A stretch of DNA of 64,000 nt from Macrostomum lignano (GCA_002269645.1 NIVC01001475.1:1-64000), one strand, 5' to 3'. Counted from the stretch's first letter, positions 11,087-24,213 are shown. Numbers and translations: made by a program. The notes: generated from the letters alone by a model not told the origin.

Positions 11087-12571
11087 GGGCTCTTGTGACC
11101 GTGCAGCCCTCTCCCTTGAGCTCTTGTGACCGTGCAGCCCTCTCCCTTGGGCTCTTGTGACCGTGCAACCCTCTCCCTTGGGCTCTTGTGACCGTGCAGC
11201 CCTCTCCCTTGGGCTCTTGTGACCGTGCAGCCCTCTCCCTTGGGCTCTTGTGACCGTGCAACCCTCTCCCTTGGGCTCTTGTGACCGTGCAGCCCTCTCC
11301 CTTGGGCTCTTGTGACCGTGCAGCCCTCTCCCTTTTTTATTAGAGGCAGGGGGGTTGTGTGCACCCTGGCGCACTTTAAGCGACATAGACACACAACCGG
11401 CGAGAGGCATTACTGCCCATTCCGCCGACTCCCCTGAGCAGGCATACAAGCGCGCGGATACGTACGCAGGCACACACACACAGGAGTGTACAGCGGCCCT
11501 AACTTTATATTATCGTTAGGCATGTACACTTCACTGCGCCTTGGGGGGTTGGCTCTCAAGGCCGTTAATTGCACGAGCAGAGCCAAGCCGAGATTCCAAT
11601 TTAGCCCCAAATTAATGTGACTGCACTTGGAATCGAGCCTGGGTCGCTGGCACACCAGAGCAGCCGCGCTACCGCTGGGCTACGGCCCCCCCCTAGCCCT
11701 CTCCCTTGGGCTCTTGTGACCGTGCAGCCCTCTCCCTTGTTCATTTGTCACCGTACAGTCCTCTCCCTTGTTCATTTGTGACTGTGCAGCCCTCTCCCTT
11801 GTTCATTTGTGACTGTGCAGCCCTCTCCCTTGTTCATTTGTGACCGCGCAGCCTCTCCCTTGTTCATTTGTGACCGTGCAGCCCTCTCCCTTGTTCATTT
11901 GTGACTGTGCAGCCCTCTCCCTTGTTCATTTGTGACTGTGCAGCCTCTCCCTTGTTCATTTGTGACCGCGCAGCCCTCTCTCTTGTTCATTTGTGACTGT
12001 GCAGTCCTCTCCCTTGTTCATTTGTGACTGTGCAGCCCTCTCCCTTGTTCATTTGTGACCGTGCAGCCCTCTCCCTTGTTCATTTGTGACTGTGCAGCCC
12101 TCTCCCTTGTTCATTTGTGACTGTGCAGCCCTCTCCCTTGTTCATTTGTGACTGTGCAGCCCTCTCCCTTGTTCATTTGTGACTGTGCAGCCCTCTCCCT
12201 TGTTCATTTGTGACCGTGCAGCCCTCTCCCTTGTTCATTTGTGACTGTGCAGCCCTCTCCCTTGTTCATTTGTGACCGTGCAGCCCTCTCCCTTGTTCAT
12301 TTGTGACCGTGCAGCCCTCTCCCTTGTTCATTTGTGACTGTGCAGCCCTCTCCCTTGTTCATTTGTGACTGTGCAGCCCTCTCCCTTGTTCATTTGTGAC
12401 CGTGCAGCCCTCTCCCTTGTTCATTTGTGACTGTGCAGCCCTCTCCCTTGTTCATTTGTGACCGTGCAGCCCTCTCCCTTGTTCATTTGTGACTGTGCAG
12501 CCCTCTCCCTTGTTCATTTGTGACTGTGCAGCCCTCTCCCTTGTTCATTTGTGACCGTGCAGCCCTCTCCC
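11087..12571. repeat. 31-bp minisatellite in two variant blocks, interrupted by a SINE
   Basis: gggctcttgtgaccgtgcagccctctccctt then gttcatttgtgactgtgcagccctctccctt. Confidence 0.95.
11335..11694 (-). mobile_element. tRNA-derived SINE
   Basis: Minus-strand A box TAGCCCAGCGG (11672-11682) and B box GGCTCGATTCC (11629-11639) at tRNA spacing; A-rich tail; agccctctccctt repeated on both flanks (11322-11334, 11695-11707). Confidence 0.82.
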
Positions 12572-12708
12572 GTTCGATTGCTGCATTGATGTGTGACGTT
12601 TTTTCGAATTTCGAATTTTCGTTGACAATTTTTATGCAAGTAAAACTAAAATTTACTTTTATTGCAAAATGTACTTTTGTGCTTTCTTCTTTCCTAATTT
12701 CAAATCAG

Positions 12709-12890
12709 CTGTCCGAACCGGCCTCAGCTGATGTGCGGGTCCGTCGCCTCTACCGCTGCTATGTACTCCGCCAACCGTTTGCTTCCTAGCGGCAAAATAT
12801 TTGTTAATCTAACTAACAGAGCGCGCCAATTCGAACGAGCTAATCTAAGCTTGGCTATTGCAATGATTGGCGACTTCGACAACAATATCT
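12709..12890 (+). CDS. Exon 4: WSC C-terminal part and linker
   Basis: Acceptor tttcaaatcag|; CPNRPQLMCGSVASTAAMYSANR...DFDNNI completes the WSC C..C.....CG......Y motif; donor T|GTAAGT. Confidence 0.88.
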
Positions 12891-12995
12891 GTAAGTTTAT
12901 CTTTTTTACATAGCAGCCAAGTTATTTACATTGGATACCGAAAATTAAAGGTATCATTTTTATTTAAATAAGACACTATTATTTTATTATTTCAG

Positions 12996-13178
12996 CTGAA
13001 TTTAATGTCAGTCTAAAAATCACTGGCCAACCAAATTTGGTAATCCAGCAGCCGCTGTTACGTCATCAACAATTATCGTCATCAACTGAGCAGCCGTTTT
13101 TGCCAGTCGGATTTTCAAATCATTCTTTAATAGCGACTCTTCAACCGGTGTTTGTTTTTGCTGGCCCGCTAAATTTTA
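12996..13178 (+). CDS. Exon 5
   Basis: Acceptor ttattatttcag|; EFNVSLKITGQPNLVIQQ...FAGPLNF; donor A|GTGAGT; phase 1/1. Confidence 0.8.
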
Positions 13179-13283
13179 GTGAGTTTTTTCGATGGATGTC
13201 TACTTCAAGTAGCGTAGTTTGCAAATTATAGAATATTTTTTTATTTTGTTTTATTCCAATGGTGCATAAAATCAGTGAATAAT

Positions 13284-14605
13284 GATTGAAATTATAAGGA
13301 TCAGAGTTAGAAAATGGCACATTCCCATCTCTGAAGGAGGATTGAAATTATAAGGATCAGAGTTAGAAAATGGCACATTCCCATCTCTGAAGGAGGATTG
13401 AAATTATAAGGATCAGAGTTAGAAAATGGCACATTCCAATCTCTGAAGGAGGATTGAAATTATAAGGATCAGAGTTAGAAAATGGCACATTCCCATCTCT
13501 GAAGGAGGATTGAAATTATAAGGATCAGAGTTAGAAAATGGCACATTCCCATCTCTGAAGGAGGATTGACATTATAAGGATCAGAGTTAGAAAATGGCAC
13601 ATTCCAATCTCTGAATGAAGATTGAAATTATAAGGATCAGAGTTAGAAAATGGCACATTCCCATCTCTGAAGGAGGATTGACATTATAAGGATCAGAGTT
13701 AGAAAATGGCACATTCCCATCTCTGAATGAAGATTGGCATTATAAGGATCAGAGTTAGAAAATGGCACATTCCCATCTCTGAAGGAGGATTGACATTATA
13801 AGGATCAGAGTTAGAAAATGGCACATTCCAATCTCTGAAGGAGGATTGACATTATAAGGATCAGAGTTAGAAAATGGCACATTCCCATCTCTGAAGGAGG
13901 ATTGAAATTATAAGGATCAGAGTTAGAAAATGGCACATTCCCATCTCTGAAGGAGGATTGAAATTATAAGGATCAGAGTTAGAAAATGGCACATTCCCAT
14001 CTCTGAAGGAGGATTGAAATTATAAGGATCAGAGTTAGAAAATGGCACATTCCCATCTCTGAATGAAGATTGGCATTATAAGGATCAGAGTTAGAAAATG
14101 GCACATTCCCATCTCTGAAGGAGGATTGACATTATAAGGATCAGAGTTAGAAAATGGCACATTTCAATCTCTGAAGGAGGATTGAAATTATAAGGATCAG
14201 AGTTAGAAAATGGCACATTCCCATCTCTGAAGGAGGATTGACATTATAAGGATCAGAGTTAGAAAATGGCACATTCCCATCTCTGAAGGAGGATTGAAAT
14301 TATAAGGATCAGAGTTAGAAAATGGCACATTTCAATCTCTGAAGGAGGATTGAAATTATAAGGATCAGAGTTAGAAAATGGCACATTCCCATCTCTGAAT
14401 GAAGATTGGCATTATAAGGATCAGAGTTAGAAAATGGCACATTTCAATCTCTGAAGGAGGATTGAAATTATAAGGATCAGAGTTAGAAAATGGCACATTC
14501 CCATCTCTGAAGGAGGATTGACATTATAAGGATCAGAGTTAGAAAATGGCACATTCCCATCTCTGAATGAAGATTGGCATTATAAGGATCAGAGTTAGAA
14601 AATGG
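13284..14605. repeat. 56-bp tandem array, about 23 copies, intron 5
   Basis: gattgaaattataaggatcagagttagaaaatggcacattcccatctctgaaggag. Confidence 0.97.
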
Positions 14606-15309
14606 GTATTAGAAGATCAGATAGAAGAAATTAGCTCAGACTGGGGTAGATATAAAAATATCACTAAAATAGAGTCACAATTCTTTAACTGAGGTCACGT
14701 GGATTGCAAGAAGTCACGTGAAAATTCTGGCATTTTTTGTTTCACTTGAATTTTTTTGTTGAAACAATGGATTATAGCAGAACTGAAACTGTTTGAGTGA
14801 GCTGATTGACAGATAGTTTTTGCCACCATGGCGCCCCCTTGCGCTAATCATCTCTATTGTTTTCATCCGCTGAATCCTTCCCTCACCTCATCCCTTAGCT
14901 TTGCAGCAGAACTTATTAACTGTTCTTATAGTGTCAGTTTAGAGCTGAATAATGATACTCATATATGGCATTTCAAGTTGCTGGTTTGAAGGTCTGTCAG
15001 TAATATGAGACAGAGAAGCGCATGCAGAGGCTGTTTTTCTGTTCTCGCGTTGAAGTGTGAAAACCAGCTGTAGATGGCTATTGTCATTTATCAATAATGT
15101 GTGACGCGTGTGCCTGTCTGTTGGTTCTTGTGAGGGTGCCCAACGCTGTGGGAGCAGTGCTGTGTTTCCATGCTGTTTGCTTTGGACAAGCGAGAGAGGG
15201 CTGACTCATGCCACTAATGCTTCAATATTGAGGGCGTTTTGACCTGATGTAGCTGTTAGATCCGATCAAATTTCCTTCTTTTAATAATGCAACAGCCTTC
15301 TTAATGTTT

Positions 15310-17565
15310 CTCTGTCCTTCTCCTGTCTCTCCCTTGCTTCCCTCCCTGTCTCTTCTCCTTCGCTTTTGTGCATGTCTCGCTTCTCTCCCTGTCTCTTCTC
15401 TTTCGCTTTTGTCCATGTCTCGTTTCTCTCCCTGTCTCTTCTCCTTCGCTTTTGTCCATGTCTCGCTTCTCTCCCTGTCTCTTCTCTTTCGCTTTTGTCC
15501 ATGTCTCGCTTCTCTCCCTGTCTCTTCTCCTTCGCTTTTGTGCATGTCTCGCTTCTCTCCCTGTCTCTTCTCCTTCGCTTTTGTCCATGTCTCGCTTCTA
15601 TCCCTGTCTCTTCTCCTTCGCTTTTGTCCATGTCTCGCTTCTCTCCCTGTCTCTTCTCCTTCGCTTTTGTGCATGTCTCGCTTCTCTCCCTGTCTCTTCT
15701 CTTTCGCTTTTGTCCATGTCTCGCTTCTCTCCCTGTCTCTCCCTCGCTTCTCTCCCTGTGTCTCCCTCTCTTCTCTCCCTGTGTCTCCCTCTCTTCTCTC
15801 CCTGTCTCTCCCTGTCTTCTCTCCCTGTCTCTCCCTGTCTTCTCTCCCTGTGTCTCCCTGTCTTTTCTCCCGTTCTTCCCCTCGCTTCTCTCCTTGTCTC
15901 TCCCTCGCTTCTCTCCCTGTCTCTCCCTGTCTTCTCTCCCTGTCTCTCCCTCTCTTCTCTCCCTGTCTCTCCCTGTCTCTTCTCTTTCGCTTTTGTCCAT
16001 GTCTCGCTTCTCTCCCTGTCTCTTCTCCTTCGCTTTTGTCCATGTCTCGCTTCTCTCCCTGTCTCTTCTCTTTCGCTTTTGTCCATGTCTCGCTTCTCTC
16101 CCTGTCTCTTCTCCTTCGCTTTTGTGCATGTCTCGCTTCTCTCCCTGTCTCTTCTCCTTCGCTTTTGTCCATGTCTCGCTTCTCTCCCTGTCTCTTCTCC
16201 TTCGCTTTTGTCCATGTCTCGCTTCTCTCCCTGTCTCTTCTCTTTCGCTTTTGTCCATGTCTCGCTTCTCTCCCTGTCTCTTCTCCTTCGCTTTTGTGCA
16301 TGTCTCGCTTCTCTCCCTGTCTCTTCTCCTTCGCTTTTGTCCATGTCTCGCTTCTCTCCCTGTCTCTTCTCCTTCGCTTTTGTCCATGTCTCGCTTCTCT
16401 CCCTGTCTCTCCCTCGCTTCTCTCCCTGTGTCTCCCTCTCTTCTCTCCCTGTGTCTCCCTCTCTTCTCTCCCTGTGTCTCCCTCGATTCTCTCCCTGTGT
16501 CTCCCTGTCTTCTCTCCCGTTCTTCCCCTCGCTTCTCTCCCTGTCTCTCCCTCGCTTCTCTCCCTGTGTCTCCCTCTCTTCTCTCCCTGTGTCTCCCTCT
16601 CTTCTCTCCCTGTGTCTCCCTCTCTTCTCTCCCTGTGTCTCCCTCTCTTCTCTCCCTGTGTCTCCCTCTCTTCTCTCCCTGTCTCTCCCTGTCTTGTCTC
16701 CCTGTGTCTCCCTCTCTTCTCTCCCTGTGTCTCCCTCTCTTCTCTCCCTGTGTCTCCCTCTCTTCTCTCCCTGTGTCTCCCTCTCTTCTCTCCCTGTGTC
16801 TCCCTCTCTTCTCTCCCTGTCTCTCCCTGTCTTCTCTCCCTGTCTCTCCCTGTCTTCTCTCCCTGTGTCTCCCTGTCTTTTCTCCCGTTCTTCCCCTCGC
16901 TTCTCTCCTTGTCTCTCCCTCGCTTCTCTCCCTGTCTCTCCCTGTCTCTCCCTGTCTCTCCCTCTCTTCTCTCCCTGTCTCTCCCTGTCTTCTCTCCCTG
17001 TGTCTCCCTGTCTTTTCTCCCGTTCTTCCCCTCTCTTCTCTCCCTGTCTCTCCCTCGCTTCTCTCCCTGTCTCTCCCTCGCTTCTCTCCCGTTCTTCCCC
17101 TCGCTTCTTTCCCTGTCTCTTCCTCGCTTCTCTCCCGTTCTTCCCCTCGCTTCTTTCCCTGTCTCTTCCTCGCTTTTCTCCCGTTCTTCCCCTCGCTTCT
17201 TTCCCTGTCTCTCCCTCGCTTCTCTCCCGTTCTTCCCCTCGCTTCTTTCCCTGTCTCTTCCTCGCTTTTCTCCCTGTCTCTCCCTCGCTTCTTTCCCTGT
17301 CTCTCCCTCGCTTCTCTCCCGTTCTTCCCCTCGCTTCTTTCCCTGTCTCTCCCTCGCTTCTCTCCCGTTCTTCCCCTCGCTTCTTTCCCTGTCTCTCCCT
17401 CGCTTCTCTCCCGTTCTTCCCCTCGCTTCTTTCCCTGTCTCTCCCTCGCTTCTCTCCCGTTCTTCCCCTCGCTTCTTTCCCTGTCTCTCCCTCGCTTCTC
17501 TCCCGTTCTTCCCCTCGCTTCTTTCCCTGTCTCTTCCTCGCTTTTCTCCATGTCTCTCTCTCGCC
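15310..17565. repeat. Composite pyrimidine-rich (CT) tandem array; 43-bp and shorter units
   Basis: gtctcgcttctctccctgtctcttctccttcgcttttgtccat and related units; source of the 700-870 aa low-complexity ORFs. Confidence 0.95.
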
Positions 17566-18310
17566 TTTTTATCGCAGCCGGTCATAATTGGATTTGTGCA
17601 TTTCAAAAAGGGCTCAACTATCAAATATCTTACATATTTGCTTTCTGTCTCTGCCTCTGCAAGGATTACATTTCTATTTCTAAACAATATGGCTTGTAAG
17701 AATTCAGAACAGGGAATACCAACGTAGTAAGGCCAGCTCATAGCACAGAGCATTATGGCCCTTATAAATTGGAGAAAAAGAACAGACTTATTGCTTTGCC
17801 AGATGCGGGACTCAAGGGGGAGGAGGTGAGTGGGTGGCAACCAGTCATACAGAGGGTCCCTCTCAGGCCGCGGGAAATGAAATCAGGATTTCGACTTCCT
17901 GTCCGTCCCCGCCCCCGGGCCTGTCCCCAGTCTTCACCCGTCTAATCCTCCGCCTCTCCCCTCTGCTTCTTATTGCGCCTTCTCTTCTTTCAGCATCTCG
18001 TCTGCTTTTTCGGCTGCGGGCCGCCCCCTCCCCCCTTGCTGCTGTTTTTTTTCTTCTACTCAATCTCTCGTCTGTCCTATTTTTGTGCAGTCGTCGCGCA
18101 GTTTGAGTAATAAATCATTAAAGGGTGGGGAGGGGGAGATTTTTGAGCTCGTACCGCCATCCGCCCCCAGCCCCACTGAACCAAATCTGCCTTGCTTGAA
18201 ACCGCTTTTTTGGCTTTCACAGTTATTATTATTTTTAATGCTTCTTTTTATCGAAAAATTAAAATTCAAAGAAGGCATAAAATCCAAAAGTCCAATAGTT
18301 CAAAAAGACA

Positions 18311-20541
18311 GGATTCTACCAGATTTACCAAATGGGATTTCATAATATTCCCCTAATGGGATTCTATCAGATTCACCAAATGGGATTCTATCAGATTCAC
18401 CAAATGGGATTCTATCAGATTCACCAAATGGGATTCTATCAGATTCACCAAATGGGATTCTATCAGATTCACCAAATGGGATTCTATCAGATTCACCAAA
18501 TGGGATTCTATCAGATTCACCAAATTGGATTCTATCAGATTCACCAAATGGGATTTCATAATATTCCCCAAATGGGATTCTATCAGATTCACCAAATGGG
18601 ATTCTATCAGATTCACCAAATGGGATTCTATCAGATTCACCAAATAGGATTCTATCAGATTCACCAAATGGGATTCTATCAGATTCCCCAAATGGGATTC
18701 TACCAGATTCACCAAATGGGATTTCATAATATTCCCCAAATGGGATTCTATCAGATTTACCAAATGGGATTCTATCAGATTCACCAAATTGGATTCTATC
18801 AGATTCACCAAATGGGATTTCATAATATTACCCAAATGGGATTTTATCAGATTCACCAAATGGGATTCTATCAGATTCACCAAATGGGATTCTATCAGAT
18901 TCACCAAATGGGATTCTATCAGATTCACCAAATTGGATTCTATCAGATTCACCAAATGGGATTTCATAAGATTCCCCAAATGGGATTCTATCAGATTCAC
19001 CAAATGGGATTCTATCAGATTTACCAAATGGGATTCTATCAGATTCCCCAAATGGGATTCTATCAGATTCACCAAATGGGATTCTATCAGATTCCCCAAA
19101 TGGGATTCTATCAGATTCACCAAATGGGATTCTATCAGATTCCCCAAATGGGATTCTATCAGATTCACCAAATGGGATTCTATCAGATTCACCAAATAGG
19201 ATTCTATCAGATTCACCAAATGGGATTCTATCAGATTCCCCAAATGGGATTCTATCAGATTCACCAAATGGGATTCTATCAGATTCACCAAATAGGATTC
19301 TATCAGATTCACCAAATGGGATTTCATAATATTCCCCAAATGGGATTCTACCAGATTCACCAAATGGGATTCTATCAGATTCACCAAATGGGATTCTATC
19401 AGATTCACCAAATTGGATTCTATCAGATTCACCAAATGGGATTTCATAATATTCCCCAAATGGGATTCTATCAGATTCACCAAATGGGATTATATCAGAT
19501 TCACCAAATGGGATTCTATCAGATTCACCAAATGGGATTCTATCAGATTCACCAAATAGGATTCTATCAGATTCACCAAATGGGATTCTATCAGATTCCC
19601 CAAATGGGATTCTACCAGATTCACCAAATGGGATTCTATCAGATTCACCAAATGGGATTTTATCAGATTCACCAAATAGGATTCTATCAGATTCACCAAA
19701 TGGGATTCTATCAGATTCCCCAAATGGGATTCTATCAGATTCACCAAATGGGATTCTATCAGATTCACCAAATAGGATTCTATCAGATTCACCAAATGGG
19801 ATTCTATCAGATTCCCCAAATGGGATTCTTCCAGATTCACCAAATGGGATTCTATCAGATTCACCAAATGGGATTCTATCAGATTCACCAAATTGGATTC
19901 TATCAGATTCACCAAATGGGATTTCATAATATTCCCCAAATGGGATTCTATCAGATTCACCAAATGGGATTATATCAGATTCACCAAATGGGATTCTATC
20001 AGATTCACCAAATGGGATTCTATCAGATTCACCAAATAGGATTCTATCAGATTCCCCAAATGGGATTCTATCAGATTCACCAAATGGGATTCTATCAGAT
20101 TCACCAAATTGGATTCTATCAGATTCACCAAATGGGATTCTATCAGATTCCCCAAATGGGATTCTATCAGATTCACCAAATGGGATTCTATCAGATTCAC
20201 CAAATAGGATTCTATCAGATTCACCAAATGGGATTCTATCAGATTCCCCAAATGGGATTCTACCAGATTTACCAAATGGGATTTCATAATATTCCCCAAA
20301 TGGGATTTTATCAGATTCACCAAATGGGATTTCATAATATTCCCCAAATGGGATTTTATCAGATTCACCAAATGGGATTCTACCAGATTCCCCAAATGGG
20401 ATTTTATCAGATTCACCAAATGGGATTCTATCAGATTCACCAAATGGGATTTCATAATATTCCCCAAGTGGGATTTCATAATATTCCCCAAATGGGATTC
20501 TATCAGATTCACCAAATGGGATTCTATCAGATTCACCAAAT
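18311..20541. repeat. 24-bp tandem array, about 93 copies, intron 5
   Basis: caaatgggattctatcagattcac; reads (QMGFYQIH)n. Confidence 0.97.
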
Positions 20542-20583
20542 TTGGGAGTATTTAGCGTTAAATTTTTATCTAATAAATTTCAG

Positions 20584-21023
20584 GTGTAGAAGTGGAATCA
20601 GCTGATCTTGGACCACTCGCAGTGGCTCGCACAGACCCTCTGCTACTCATGTCTGAGCCGTTTCAATCAGCATACCTACCGTTGTCAGTCACGCTACTCC
20701 AGCTTGGTTACCATAGCAACCAGACAGTGGAATCAGCGGTCCAAAAATCTTCGACTAAAATTTTAGTTAAAACGCCTGCCGACCAAAAACCTGTTGCTTC
20801 CTGCAGCAGACTCGATACGCCTCATCAATCACCTGTTGCGACTGTGTTGTTCACAAAAATTGTTAATCAATTTTCCGTTTGTTCAAATGACAATTTATCG
20901 ATTTTGTCTGCCCAATCAGTGCGTATCAATTATCGATTTATCGATTTGGAAGGTTTAGATAGCGGATCTGATGTTGAAGAATCATTGGATAGAAGCGTCT
21001 GCGATGGACATTGTTGTAACTTT
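20584..21023 (+). CDS. Exon 6
   Basis: Acceptor aaatttcag|; frame of ORF 20592-21044; ends DGHCCNF with donor TTT|GTGAGT. Confidence 0.85.
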
Positions 21024-21207
21024 GTGAGTATTCTGCAATTGTAGCCACTGAGGGCCAACCACCCCCCCCAAATGCACAGAGAATGTACATACCTGACGAT
21101 TAGAAAGTCCTGCTAATGAATTTTAAAGCGAAATAAATCAACTCCGAAATTTGGAATCTTCATAAACTTGATGTGGCGAAAACAATACCCCTGACTCAAA
21201 CTTGCAG

Positions 21208-22849
21208 ACCTACACGGCAACCAGACCAGGCTCGAAAGTCGTTCAAATGGAGTTTAACTATGGAAAAAATTCGGAATTTGCCAATCTAATTATTAACTTA
21301 GTCTCGCAATCGGTTGCTAATGTGACTATGCGGTTGCTAAGTGATCATGGTTCAAAATTTGCCTTCACTAACAACATAATTGTTTACAAATTGGACTTTG
21401 TTACGAATTTGGTCTTCAAGACAAACAATTCCAAATCGGTGTCAGTTGAGTTGACATTTTTGCCCGAATCTGTCAATCAAATGGTTTCTAAGAAATGGAC
21501 GGCCATTGATTACGATCGAATTGGCTGTCTGGCTTCTGCACAAGTTGCCGTGAATTTTACGGAAAAATTGGGCATTGCTGTCACGCCCATGCTGCTTGTG
21601 TCGGGTCACTCTGGTCTGTTGGCCAGATTTTTGGCCGATCCAATTAGCGTCCATAGCAACCTAGCTATTGCCATAGCAACCATTCAAGGACCGTCAATAG
21701 CAATGATTAATTCGCATCCGTCCGTTGTTGCCAACTATACTGTCGTTGCTAAGCTAGATGACGTCACTCGAATCGATTGGTCACTGCTAAGACTGTTGCC
21801 TAGCAACGATCAGTCGCTTAGCAACCCGATGTTTCGGCGTTCGATTGGCAACAATAAAAGTGCATCGATTGAACTGATTGCTAATCATGGCACTAGCGGC
21901 GGTCGCTTCCTCATCACCTGTCGTCTGTCTAATCCAGCTTCCGAGTTGATCTTGTCCAGTCGAATAATCCTAGTTGCCATGCCAACCGCCGTGTTGAAGC
22001 CTCAACTTGTCGGTTTCGAATCGAACTTCCGGCAATCTACTGTTGGAAACTGTCTGATGCAGACCGATCCCCGGTTGCCAGCCGGATGGTCAGGCCGGGC
22101 GCTGATTCATTTGGCAAAATCAGCCGATTGGCAGCCTGCGGATTTGCGTATACAAATAAAAGTACACATGTACTCTGTGAACTCTAACAGACTAGTTGAC
22201 ACTTTATTGGCTAATCGGCTGAATTCAACGCATTTTTCCGCTTTAATCAACATGTCCGACTACAATAGAGACGATTTTGAGTACAGCTTGAGTTTAACGG
22301 CCAGTTTTAGCGAAGCTGGAAGCTTCATCAGGGGTCAGTTTCTTGCCAATGTTACAATTGTGCCAACCTTTGCCAGTGCCGCAGCTCTCGACAGCATTGT
22401 GTCGAGTGTTGTAAAATCGCGCGATGCGGCTGGGTTGTACTCGCTGACTGTGACAGTTGCTGGGCTATTAAGGCATTATGCCTCTTATCTATCGATAATT
22501 TGTCAGCCTAAATGTCGCTCGACACTAGTTGCCCAGTATGCTTCTACAAGTTTGCCTAATAGTACGCAAAATCTAGTGTTCGACTTTGACTTTGTTGATA
22601 AAATTTTAACGGAATCAAATAGCGACAATAATAGCTATGGAATCGTGTCGATTGTGGCGAAAGGGCTTTTCGACTCCGTCATCGACTGTCGACGCGATGT
22701 CGAAATTAGTCGGGTTCTTAGAAATGTCTATGTAGATCGGCGACAACATTTTACTCGGGTTGAGTCGACTGCCGAAAATCTTCGGTTAAAGATGCTGTCA
22801 GTTGGCGATACTGATCCTGTTGTCATTGGTTACGAGCATAGCGACGGAG
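21208..22849 (+). CDS. Exon 7 (1,642 nt), beta-strand-rich glycosylated ectodomain
   Basis: Acceptor aacttgcag| phase 0 inside ORF 21202-22989; non-repetitive, sequon-rich; donor G|GTAAGG at 22850. Confidence 0.9.
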
Positions 22850-22889
22850 GTAAGGAGAGCAACTTCTGGGATACTATGAGAATTTATGA

Positions 22890-23392
22890 GGAATTAATTG
22901 AACATTTCCATGATCAAATCTGTGGGAAAGTCTATGATCAGGTCCATGAGCGAGTCTATGATCAGATCTATGAGCGATTTTGTATATGATCAGATCAGTG
23001 ACGAGTCTATGATCAGTTCTATGAGCGAGTCTATGATTAGATCTATGAGCGAGTCCATGATCAGATTTTTGAGCGAGTCCATGATCTATGAGCGAGTCTA
23101 TGATTAGATCTATTAGCGAGTCCATGATCAGATTTTTGAGCGAGTCCATGATCAGACTCGCTCAAAAATCTTGAGCGAGTCCATGATCAGATTTGAGCGA
23201 GTCCATGATCAGATTTTTGAGCGAGTCCATGATCAGATTTTTGAGCGAGTCCATGATCAGATTTTTGAGCGAGTCCATGATCAGATTTTTGAGCGAGTCT
23301 ATGATCAGATCTATGAGCGAGTTTGTATATGATCAGATCTATGAGCGAGTTTGTGTATGATCAGATCTGTGAGCGAGTCTATGATCAGATAC
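22890..23392. repeat. Degenerate about 24-bp tandem array, intron 7
   Basis: gagcgagtc(c/t)atgatcagat(ctat/tttt). Confidence 0.9.
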
Positions 23393-23424
23393 AATGTGTT
23401 TTCATAATTTCATAACTTTTTCAG

Positions 23425-23655
23425 ACTACGGTTCCTCATCAACCAGCAATCTAGTTGGACTATGGACCTGGAGTTGCTATAGCCGCAGCTCAACTAACTC
23501 TTCATCACATAACTCATCCTTAAGTTCCTCATCAACGGTACTACCTGGATCAGTTACATCTTTAGCAATTCCTCGGTCGCTCATTGTTGATAATTGTTGT
23601 CATGACAACTGCAGCTCGAGTATTTCTATGGTTGTAAATCTGACAATATCTACTT
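23425..23655 (+). CDS. Exon 8: Ser-rich segment
   Basis: Acceptor aactttttcag|; DYGSSSTSNLVGLWTWSC...VVNLTIST; donor T|GTAAGT; phase 1/1. Confidence 0.82.
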
Positions 23656-24176
23656 GTAAGTAATCTAGGAAAAAAATGTTTGTAAGGTCAGTTCTAGGGC
23701 TAATTAATGACTAAGTTAATTGAAGTACAACAATTTTTTGACCTAACTGTTTATTACAGGTGTTTGACTACTTGCTTAGGTTTGTATTCAACCCTTCCCC
23801 TATAACAGTTAAGATGTTTGTCTTATGTGACATCTGCCTCTCTATCTGCCATTTCTATCTGACCTCTCCTGCCTGCCTCTCAGTCTCCGCAGCTCTTATC
23901 TCTAAAGTAATCTGTGTGTTAAGGCCCAGATTGTCAGTTCCTGACGCTAAGGCTGGCGCTTTTAACATTGTTTACATCTATAAGTCTAGTTCCGCCTTCA
24001 AGGCTGGAGACAGATTCTTGCTTTTAACGTTTAGCGGCGACAAAAGCTTTCGCAATTGAATTCTGAACGAAGGAATGACAATTGCTTTTTGCCCAATATC
24101 TGGCGAGATCATCGATTTGGAGTTTGGATTCCCTGTGTTGGCAATGCTGCTGATTGAACTGGCCTGACTGGTATTT

Positions 24177-24213
<37 letters not shown>

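Noticed and set aside
11620-11694. tRNA gene
   Set aside because: A/B boxes present but no complete cloverleaf; followed by SINE body and A-tail. The same applies to 62890-62925.
14822-14836. gccaccatgg Kozak-like start in intron 5
   Set aside because: No substantial ORF or promoter context follows
15222-17840. Six overlapping 250-870 aa ORFs (RERSEGE.../SLSLLSP...)
   Set aside because: Translations of a CT-rich tandem array open on both strands; no domains; inside intron 5
22850-22989. C-terminal extension of ORF 21202-22989
   Set aside because: Lies past a strong donor and runs into the intron 7 repeat; treated as intron
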